From Candidatus Giovannonibacteria bacterium RIFOXYD1_FULL_48_21 (GTDB lineage Bacteria > Patescibacteriota > Minisyncoccia > JACPKW01 > UBA11713): DNA of 64,000 nt. The notes under the pieces were generated by a model, which made no database searches, was not told where the DNA came from, and saw only the letters and a program-made list of their open reading frames with translations. Positions 56,856 to 64,000 of the stretch are shown here, in pieces. How positions within the stretch are numbered: the first letter of the stretch is position 1; each line of letters begins with the position of its first letter. Both the position numbers and the translations under genes were made by a program. The stretch spans positions 139,930 through 203,929 of the forward strand of contig MFIU01000002.1 in NCBI GenBank assembly GCA_001778985.1, in the 5' to 3' direction.

Positions 56856-57808
56856 AACACGTCCCGTATTGATGTTATTAACTCTTCTTCATTACTGCCG
56901 CGTTTCTGATTCCTCCCGCTTCTAACATGGAAAGCGAATGGTTTCCCCTTCCACATATGCTCTTCCCAGCCCGCTCTTCTGGCGTCAAAATGTCCAAAAC
57001 TGCTAAAACCCGATGCAACATAATAATCGCGCTTTTTAGGAATGTAGCACAATCTATCCGGAAGAAAAAACTCAAACAATGCGTTGGCTAGCAAACCGAG
57101 TTTGCCGGCAAGACGCAGGTCAGTCCATGGATTGTACACCGGCTTTATGCATTCGCAGGGGGTGAGGCTGTTTTGGTAGTAGCGCTTGTATATAAAATAA
57201 CCTGTATCATGAGAGGTTCCTATATTTCTTTTTCTGATGCCGAGATTAAATAAATTGGTCTTTCTTTTCTTGGTTTTTCTGTTGTCCCCAGTCCTTCCAA
57301 AGTCAGGAGTAAAATCCAAAGTGTCGAGCGGAACTTTTTCAAGGTCAACAAACATGCAAAAATCCGTAGCCGGAAAATAACGGATTTTTCTGTAATCCTT
57401 TGGATAGTACGGGGCGCCCAAAAAAGCAAGATTATTCTTTATCATATGATTTAACGCCTCGCGAAGCCATTCCGGATAAATGACATAAAAATCATTGTCT
57501 AAAATAAGCACGAAGCGGGTCTTAACTTCTTTCAAGCAAAGATTGAGGGCAGAAGCATGTTGATAACTGGTCCAATATTTGCCGCACGAATCTCTGTTAA
57601 TGAGCGGCGCGTCTTGATTCGTTATAATCTTAAATTTTTTAGAATCTATCTTGTCAATAAGACTGGGCGGCGAATTATCGCCGACGAGCCAAATCCAGTT
57701 TTTAAATGAATTAAATTTCACCATAAAATCATAATTCAGCTCAACAAACCTTTTGGTCATCTCATTATGATAAACAGAAATTATAGTTAGTTCCGGAGCT
57801 TTATCCAT
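56852..57808 (-). CDS. putative GT-A glycosyltransferase
   Basis: VGDN, SYQHASALN, ILDNDF (DxD), GAPY, DTG. Confidence 0.55.
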   Translation of the reverse strand: MDKAPELTIISVYHNEMTKRFVELNYDFMVKFNSFKNWIWLVGDNSPPSLIDKIDSKKFKIITNQDAPLINRDSCGKYWTSYQHASALNLCLKEVKTRFVLILDNDFYVIYPEWLREALNHMIKNNLAFLGAPYYPKDYRKIRYFPATDFCMFVDLEKVPLDTLDFTPDFGRTGDNRKTKKRKTNLFNLGIRKRNIGTSHDTGYFIYKRYYQNSLTPCECIKPVYNPWTDLRLAGKLGLLANALFEFFLPDRLCYIPKKRDYYVASGFSSFGHFDARRAGWEEHMWKGKPFAFHVRSGRNQKRGSNEEELITSIRDVL

Positions 57809-59222
57809 ACAATGCTTTTTTTATGTGTTCGATAACGCGCTGGGAAGAAAGGCCGTCTGACTTATAAAGAACTTTATCGCGAAATCTTTCCCTTTTTTCG
57901 CTGTCCAATTTGGGATTTTTTAAAAACGCGTCCAAAGCCGAAAACAATTCTTCAAAACTTCCGATAACTTTGGGAGCTCCAGTGGCGAACACCTCTTCAA
58001 ACCGTTCGTTAAACGCGTAGCGGCGGATGGATTGCCTCAAGGGGCGCTTATGATACCCGTCAAAAATATTAATAAGCATGGGAACGTCAAAAACCATGGC
58101 CTCCAGCATGGCGGTGGTAAACATAGTCATGGTAACGCTGGAGTGGCGCAAGATGTTCACGAAATATATGCTCTTCTCCAAATCGCCCCAAAATTCCCTT
58201 TTATAAAACCTCACCCGCGGATGTTCTTCAAATCTTTCAAACTTTTTTTTGTCAAAATTTCTGTCCGCGCCCCGTCCTCCCAGATAAGGGCGAATCACGA
58301 AAAACAAATTTGGGCCCAGTCGTCCTTCGTCTATCCATCTAAGCATGGTTTCAATCACATCCGGCTCGTCCGGGGAATACACGCTCCCGGAGATATACAA
58401 AAGATATCTGGCATTTTCCGGAAAATCAAGACTTTTGAGAAGTTCACCCCTCGACATTTTATATCTTTCATCCGAAATAAAATCATGGTGGGGGTATCCC
58501 ACAATCTTAACCCCGTCATCCTCGTAGCACTGAAGATTAACGGCCATCTTTTTTATGTGGGCGCTTTGAGCCAAGAGGACGTCCGGGCGAAACGGCAGAA
58601 AATACTTGTCAAAATGATCCCAGCCCGAAATCATTCCCAGGGTTTTGACTCCACTCCTCTTCGCCTCTGCCAAAAGCCGCATATCGTACCTGCCGTAAAT
58701 ATGAGGGGTAAAAACTAAATCCGGCTTATATTTTTCGAAGAGATTCGAAAACGGCCTTTGGCGGGATACTCGATAAAATAAAAACGGAATCAGACTTACT
58801 TTAATAATGCGGAATCTCCCGAAAGTGTTCGCGATAAACCATTTCACCGGAGCCAAATACCGCTTTCCTCCGGCGGGCGGCTCATCCGGACGGAATCCCA
58901 GAGTGGCGAAGACCCGGGTGGCGTCCGTGTAGATAAGATAAGAAAAGAAAAAATAAAACACTTTCTGAAAAAAGTTTTCGAACGCGGCAGGCGCTGGCGC
59001 GACTTCAATCGCAAATTGCTCACCGGCGACGGAAGAAAAAAACGGCGAATATTTTCCATAATAAACTTTATCAGGCAAAAGGAGAACGATTTTAAGATTC
59101 TTCCTTTCCTCCAGCATTTTTTTAAGCTGGTCAAAAACGCTCCCAGGAAAGAAGAAGAGGTTTTTAAAAACCGCCATCGAAGATAAACTGATAAAAATGG
59201 TTTCAGAGTTTTTTGAAGACAT
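57801..59222 (-). CDS. uncharacterised GT-B protein, paralog C
   Basis: SGWDHF, GYPHHD, IRPY, TTAMLEAMVFDVP, DGLSSQR. Confidence 0.6.
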   Translation of the reverse strand: MSSKNSETIFISLSSMAVFKNLFFFPGSVFDQLKKMLEERKNLKIVLLLPDKVYYGKYSPFFSSVAGEQFAIEVAPAPAAFENFFQKVFYFFFSYLIYTDATRVFATLGFRPDEPPAGGKRYLAPVKWFIANTFGRFRIIKVSLIPFLFYRVSRQRPFSNLFEKYKPDLVFTPHIYGRYDMRLLAEAKRSGVKTLGMISGWDHFDKYFLPFRPDVLLAQSAHIKKMAVNLQCYEDDGVKIVGYPHHDFISDERYKMSRGELLKSLDFPENARYLLYISGSVYSPDEPDVIETMLRWIDEGRLGPNLFFVIRPYLGGRGADRNFDKKKFERFEEHPRVRFYKREFWGDLEKSIYFVNILRHSSVTMTMFTTAMLEAMVFDVPMLINIFDGYHKRPLRQSIRRYAFNERFEEVFATGAPKVIGSFEELFSALDAFLKNPKLDSEKRERFRDKVLYKSDGLSSQRVIEHIKKALYG

Positions 59223-59760
59223 AGTAAATAGTTTTACCGTTCCATTCCCTGGGAGCCAGGCGAAATTTATCCAAAAACCAAATCCAATAAGGGTATTCCG
59301 CCCGGTGGAAGCCGACTTCCAAAACAGAAAACTTGTCGAAAATATTTTTAACCAAAGATTTGGTCATGATAAATTTATGCCTGCTGTTTTTCGTAAAGCG
59401 GCGCATTTCTCCATTTCTTAAGAAAAAATATTTGTTGGCCAGATTAAAAATGTTCGGCGTGGCGACAAAAAGGAGGCCCGCGGATTTAAGCACCCGCTGG
59501 GCTTCGCGCGCGAAATGATGCGGATTTTCCAAATGTTCAATCACATTCCAGGCCGCAACAATATCAAAAGAAGAATCCGGGTGGGGAATTTTATCTTTAT
59601 TCAAATCAAGTTCCGGCAAATCGTATCCGACGCAATTTTCAAGGCCGCCACAAAACTTCCCGCTCCCACATCCCAAATCCAAAACCAGCTCTCCTCCGCC
59701 CAGATACTTTGAAACTATTTTTTGCGCCGCGCCACTATCAATTATACTCGACGTCTCCAT
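59203..59760 (-). CDS. class I SAM-dependent methyltransferase (type 11)
   Basis: VLDLGCGSG, FDIV, VIEHLENP, RVLK, TPN. Confidence 0.85.
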   Translation of the reverse strand: METSSIIDSGAAQKIVSKYLGGGELVLDLGCGSGKFCGGLENCVGYDLPELDLNKDKIPHPDSSFDIVAAWNVIEHLENPHHFAREAQRVLKSAGLLFVATPNIFNLANKYFFLRNGEMRRFTKNSRHKFIMTKSLVKNIFDKFSVLEVGFHRAEYPYWIWFLDKFRLAPREWNGKTIYYVFKKL

Positions 59761-59761
59761 A

Positions 59762-60634
59762 CTAATTTTCGCATAATAAATTTGCCCAGCCTTTACCGCC
59801 CTCCCTATTTTCTGAAACACTCAAAAGCGAGGCCGGGTCTTTAGGCTTTAAAATCTTCTGCCGGGCATCCAGCAGGCTGAAGCGAAAACCCAGCCCTTGA
59901 AGCCAAATCAGGAACTCCAGAGGGTCGGACCCCAGATTTTTAAGGCCCCAAGGCCAAAATTCCATAATCATTTTAAGTTTATTGTTTTTTAAGGTTTTTT
60001 CTCCCCCTTTAAGCACGAGTCCTTCCGCACCCTGCACGTCTATTTTAATGAAATCAATTTTTTCTTTTTCAAAATGTTCGTCCAGGGTATGAGCCTCGAC
60101 CTCGAACGAACCTCCCAAATCCTGGGCAGAAATATTTCCAGCCTGAAGTGAAACATTGCCTAGATTTTTTTTATCCAAAAATAATTTAACCTTCCCCTTT
60201 TTATTCGAAAGGGCATACGGGTAAGCCGTCACATTATCTAGATTATTAATTTTAATATTTGTTTTCAGGAGTTTGAAATTTTCCGGCTCGGGCTCAAAAG
60301 CCCAAACTTTTCCTTCCGGGCCGGCGGCCCGGGCCATGATTAACGTGAAATAACCGATATGGGCTCCGATATCAACGGCCCTCATGCCCGGCTTTATTAA
60401 ATTTTTCACGAGTTCGGTTTCATATTCATCATAAACCCCGCGCAAAAGCAGATCCGGGGCTTCGCCAGTGTCTTCGGGATTTATGAACATTTTGCTTCCC
60501 TGAATTTCAAGCAAGGCGGCTCCTTTAGGTTTCAGCTTCTCGAATAAAAAGCGATGCAGGGGGCGAACTCCGGGGATTTTCCCTAAATTTTTTCCCCGAA
60601 GGCTTTTGGTAATCTTTTTAAAAACTTGAAACAT
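59762..60634 (-). CDS. FkbM family methyltransferase
   Basis: DIGAHIGYFT, AFEPEP, KIDVQGAE. Confidence 0.9.
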   Translation of the reverse strand: MFQVFKKITKSLRGKNLGKIPGVRPLHRFLFEKLKPKGAALLEIQGSKMFINPEDTGEAPDLLLRGVYDEYETELVKNLIKPGMRAVDIGAHIGYFTLIMARAAGPEGKVWAFEPEPENFKLLKTNIKINNLDNVTAYPYALSNKKGKVKLFLDKKNLGNVSLQAGNISAQDLGGSFEVEAHTLDEHFEKEKIDFIKIDVQGAEGLVLKGGEKTLKNNKLKMIMEFWPWGLKNLGSDPLEFLIWLQGLGFRFSLLDARQKILKPKDPASLLSVSENREGGKGWANLLCEN

Positions 60635-60635
60635 T

Positions 60636-62015
60636 TTAGATAAAATCCAGCAAGGCTTTCCCCAGCCTCTCCCCGGAAAAGCCGTCCTGAAATTGGCATT
60701 CCTTTTCAACAATCTTTCTTCTGCCCTCGAGAAGATAGCCCGGCTCGGAAAGATATTTGTTGAGCGCCCTGATAAATTCTTCCTTATCCCTGACCAGCCA
60801 AACTCCGTCTAAAGGTTTTATATCCGACAAATATTCCCAGTCAAAAAAGCGCCGGGCCGAATTCCAATAGTTTCGCTTCTGATAGCCGTCAAAAGCGACG
60901 GCGACGAGCGGTTTGTCGAAAATCGCCGCTTCAATGAAAAACGTGGAGTACATACTGATAACGAGGTCGGCGTGCGCCAAGCTGTTCAGAAGGAAATTAA
61001 TAGATTTTTCGTCAAATTCCCAATCCCCCTTTCCGCTGCCGACGTGAAAAACAGCCGGAGTGGCTAAAAAGCCGTATCGAGTTTTCATTGCTGAAATTTT
61101 CTCTTGGGGAAAATCATAGCGGGGATAAGGACGGATTAAAACATTCACTTCTTCGCTAAGTTCTTTTTTCTTTACGGCCTCGGCCAGAATGTCAACGATA
61201 TCGAATTCGATATCCAGGCCGGCCTTTCCGGAAAACCCGTATAAAATCAGTTTCCTTGAGGGGTCAGCCCCGATTTCTTTAAAAAATTCCTCGCGGGTTT
61301 TTAAGCCGGTCTTTCTAAAGTAGCGGTCATATTGAGGAATTCCGACCACCGTCGTGCGCTCTCGAGAAAAATCTCCAAACTTCTCCGCCTGCTCTTTAAT
61401 AAAATCTGTATGCAAAAAAAGCCAGTCGGGTTTTACCAATAAAAAAGTTTTGCCGTAGAAATTGTCCCAGGAAAGAGTCATACCTAAAACTTTAATTCCC
61501 CGCTTCTTGGCCGCCTTGGCCAAAACATAGTCTTCCATGTAAACCATGGTGGAGCAAAAAATCAAATCCGGCCTGTATTTTTCTAAAATTCCGTCAAAAG
61601 CAGAGTTGGGCAGAACAAAATAGATTTTCCTTAATAAATTCCGCCACCAGCGAAACCGGCCCAAGTGCCAAAAGATTCTCTGAAAAACAAAGATAAGATA
61701 GCGCTGGACAAGACGGACTTTAGAACCGACTCTGTAAAGCGCGGTCCGGCTAGAGATAAAAGTAGTACGGGCGTGGATGCTCGAAGTTTCCAGAAACTTG
61801 AAAAATCTCTCAACTTTCCGAAGCCTTACTTCCGGCAGAGGCTCAAAAACAAGAAAATTTTGGGGAAATTCACGCCGATAATAAGCAAGTTTTTCCCAGG
61901 GGGCAAGTAAAACCAGCCGGATGCTTCCTTTTTCGTTCAAAATCTGCAGAACGTCGGTTCGGAGAAAATTTCGCACAAAAAAACTAGTAGAAACATTCGC
62001 TAAAATTGTTTTCAT
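60636..62015 (-). CDS. uncharacterised GT-B protein, paralog D
   Basis: LSWDNF, GIPQYD, IRPYP, STFFIEAAIFDKP, DGFSGER. Confidence 0.65.
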   Translation of the reverse strand: MKTILANVSTSFFVRNFLRTDVLQILNEKGSIRLVLLAPWEKLAYYRREFPQNFLVFEPLPEVRLRKVERFFKFLETSSIHARTTFISSRTALYRVGSKVRLVQRYLIFVFQRIFWHLGRFRWWRNLLRKIYFVLPNSAFDGILEKYRPDLIFCSTMVYMEDYVLAKAAKKRGIKVLGMTLSWDNFYGKTFLLVKPDWLFLHTDFIKEQAEKFGDFSRERTTVVGIPQYDRYFRKTGLKTREEFFKEIGADPSRKLILYGFSGKAGLDIEFDIVDILAEAVKKKELSEEVNVLIRPYPRYDFPQEKISAMKTRYGFLATPAVFHVGSGKGDWEFDEKSINFLLNSLAHADLVISMYSTFFIEAAIFDKPLVAVAFDGYQKRNYWNSARRFFDWEYLSDIKPLDGVWLVRDKEEFIRALNKYLSEPGYLLEGRRKIVEKECQFQDGFSGERLGKALLDFI

Positions 62016-63364
62016 ATTTTAAGAAAATCGATGAGCTCCCGTGCTACTCTTTCGCTCGCCCGGCCGTCCGAGAGCGAAAACCATTTTTTGCGGATTTCAG
62101 CTCTCCCCTCTTTATGAAGCGCGGGGTTTTGAAAATAACTTTCGACCGCTTTTAAAAATTCTTCCCTGGTGTCCGCGTACCACACCCCTTTTGTTTCCAA
62201 AAGTTTATGGATGTGTTCCAGCAAAAAACCCCAGCCTTTCTGATAGATATTCCTGGGAGTGGGATAAACATCGGCCACGATTACCGGTTTATCCAGGAGC
62301 GCGGCATCCAGACAAACCGAGGTTGGTCCGGTTACCACCACGTTCGAATAATACAGCTCATCAATAAAATTATCGTCATCTTCTTTTCTAATCACAAACT
62401 CTCCCGGCCTTGAACCGAAGCGAAAGCCGGGCTTATCGAATGAAATTTTGCTCGGCCATTTTTCTCCCTCGAGCAGTTTCACGTCTTCGCCTGGAGGATA
62501 TCGAACCAGAATATTGGCATCCGCCTCGCTTAATATTTTTAAAACATTCAAATCAAGGTCGTTGTGTTTAATAATTTTGTCTCCGCCCGGCGCGAAGAGA
62601 ATCAGTTTCTTTCGAGGGTCAAGCTTAAAATGAGAAAAAAATTCCGCCCGGCTTCGAATGGGGCCCTTGAGATATCTATCGTAATGGGGGTGCCCGGTCA
62701 GGACGATTTTTTCTTCCGGATAATAGTGGAGTTTTAGAGTTTCTTTTTTAAGCTCGGGTGAGCCGCAAAGAAGTTTATCCGGGAAAACCCGCAGCATCTG
62801 TTGAGTGGGATTATCCCAAGAACGCCACATTCCCAAGATGGGAATACCCAGACGGCGAGCATCCTGCATCAAAGCCACGTCGTTTTCATTATGGATGTCG
62901 GTGGAGAAAACAGCCGCGGGCTTATATTTCTCAAAAAGAGGATAGAAAAGGCCTTTCGGAGAAAATTTAAGGTCTAAGGAGCGAACGAGTTTCTGGACTG
63001 AAAAAGAGCGGCCGAAAAAACCCGCCGAGCCCGAGAGTAAAAAATACCAAAGTTTTCGGTCCCAATAATATTTCCACCGGCGCTTAGCTCGGGTGGTGCC
63101 GGTATTAAAGAAGGTTCGCGAAAAACGTTTGAAAAAAAGTCCGGTCCAGGTTTTGGAAGGCTGATAGGTTTTAAAACCCTCAATAAGCACGTTGCCTCCG
63201 CTAGCTGGCGGACCAAAATTTTCTTCAAAATAAGAAACTTTGTAATCCGGGACAAGAATAACCAGTCTTAAATCCTGCCGGGACTTAAGGATTGAAAGAA
63301 CGGGAGTGGCCAAAATATTTCTAGAAATATGGGCATGAAAGCTGGTAATGAAAAGGGTGCGCAT
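62012..63364 (-). CDS. uncharacterised GT-B protein, paralog E
   Basis: RSWDNP, GHPHYD, VRYPP, TSVCLDAALLDKP, DGRASER. Confidence 0.65.
   Translation of the reverse strand: MRTLFITSFHAHISRNILATPVLSILKSRQDLRLVILVPDYKVSYFEENFGPPASGGNVLIEGFKTYQPSKTWTGLFFKRFSRTFFNTGTTRAKRRWKYYWDRKLWYFLLSGSAGFFGRSFSVQKLVRSLDLKFSPKGLFYPLFEKYKPAAVFSTDIHNENDVALMQDARRLGIPILGMWRSWDNPTQQMLRVFPDKLLCGSPELKKETLKLHYYPEEKIVLTGHPHYDRYLKGPIRSRAEFFSHFKLDPRKKLILFAPGGDKIIKHNDLDLNVLKILSEADANILVRYPPGEDVKLLEGEKWPSKISFDKPGFRFGSRPGEFVIRKEDDDNFIDELYYSNVVVTGPTSVCLDAALLDKPVIVADVYPTPRNIYQKGWGFLLEHIHKLLETKGVWYADTREEFLKAVESYFQNPALHKEGRAEIRKKWFSLSDGRASERVARELIDFLKI
63197..63212. repeat. near-perfect 16-bp palindrome inside paralog E
   Basis: TCCGCTAGCTGGCGGA, 15/16 identical to the core of the secA palindrome. 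Confidence 0.65.
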
Positions 63365-63378
63365 TGTATAAATATAGT

Positions 63379-64000
63379 ATGTTTCGATGGTTAAGAAAAC
63401 CTCAAATAAAAGCCATTCTTCCTAAAATTGAACTTGGCGCTCTTTGGCCTGATGAGATTTCAGTAAAAATTCTCGAGCCGGATGCCAAAGACGGCAATGT
63501 CTCCTTGGGAGAGCTGGTAATAATCTCCCAGTTAGTAAAACTCCGAAATCCCTTAAAAATTTTCGAAATCGGCACTTTTGACGGACGGACGACTCTGAAT
63601 ATGGCTTTGAATTCAAGTCCAAATACAGAAATATTCACTTTGGATCTTCCTCCTAGGAAGTCCGACTTCCAATTGGAAGTCGGACTTCCTCTTGCCGGAG
63701 GAGATAAAAAATTCATCGGCAAAGTTGAAACCGGCTTTCGCTTCAAGGGAAAAGAGGCCTCAAAAAAAATAAAACAGCTTCTCGGCGACTCCGCAAAATT
63801 TGATTTCTCGCCTTTCTATAATTCAATGGACTTTGTCTTTGTGGACGGCTCGCACGCTTACGAATACGTCTTAAAAGATTCCGAAAGCGCTTTGAAGATG
63901 ATAAAACCCGGGGGCGTAATTTTATTTCACGACTATAATACCTCCTGGCCCGGCGTGACCAAGGCCTTGAATGAACTTTTCACCTCCAACCCCCGCTTCA
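63379..64000 (+). CDS. class I SAM methyltransferase (Methyltransf_24-like), partial; not in the ORF track
   Basis: ATG 63379, open to the window end: IFEIGTFDGRTT, FTLDLP, GDSAKFDF, FVDGSHAYEY, PGGVILFHDY. Confidence 0.85.
   Translation, partial: MFRWLRKPQIKAILPKIELGALWPDEISVKILEPDAKDGNVSLGELVIISQLVKLRNPLKIFEIGTFDGRTTLNMALNSSPNTEIFTLDLPPRKSDFQLEVGLPLAGGDKKFIGKVETGFRFKGKEASKKIKQLLGDSAKFDFSPFYNSMDFVFVDGSHAYEYVLKDSESALKMIKPGGVILFHDYNTSWPGVTKALNELFTSNPRF
63655..63690. repeat. perfect 36-bp palindrome (REP doublet) inside the methyltransferase gene
   Basis: AGGAAGTCCGACTTCCAATTGGAAGTCGGACTTCCT; each arm is itself GGAAGT-nnn-ACTTCC. Confidence 0.8.

Noticed and set aside
58863-58882. Peptide EPPAGG in paralog C resembling the secA insert
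   Set aside because: The underlying DNA (ccg ccc gcc gga gga) is not the palindrome, so it is probably coincidental
59306-59321. GGAAG-CCGA-CTTCC mini-hairpin similar to the 63655 arm
   Set aside because: Single copy with a short stem; cannot be separated from chance
389-63746. Many short antisense or alternate-frame ORFs in the track
   Set aside because: They shadow well-supported genes and show no motifs
1-64000. Alternative genetic code (TGA read-through)
   Set aside because: Conserved genes are full length under code 11, and TGA ends genes at expected positions

Overview
This window looks like a Patescibacteria/CPR (Parcubacteria-like) chromosome segment. That placement is an inference from the gene content and the scarcity of Shine-Dalgarno (SD) sites; genetic code 11 reads cleanly. 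Bases 1-8 kb hold a PIG-L deacetylase/WbqC/GH18 operon facing a processive GT2, then hicBA, secA, a pyruvoyl arginine decarboxylase and hpf. The remaining ~56 kb is one large, mostly minus-strand surface-glycan locus. It encodes an initiating phosphoglycosyl transferase, an O-antigen-ligase/TPR protein, an ABC flippase, 3 NeuB, 2 NeuC, 2 NeuA, a transketolase, a colitose-type gmd/colD/fcl set, an FkbH-ACP-AcpS-MaoC-FabG-GNAT acyl module, five paralogous uncharacterised GT-B proteins and four EamA/DMT transporter genes. The most unusual signals are non-coding or sub-genic: (1) a 111-bp inverted-repeat element at a start codon that rebuilds translational coupling, with an 18-nt scar of the same element at a second gene start; (2) a multi-hairpin RNA region upstream of hpf with cross-pairing segments; (3) a PaaX/Cas2-like gene tightly bracketed by direct-repeat hairpins, laid out like the nearby RAYT-REP unit; (4) several palindromes sitting in frame inside coding genes, including secA. 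No CRISPR array, tRNA or rRNA was seen. All functional calls come from motif recognition by eye; no database search was run.
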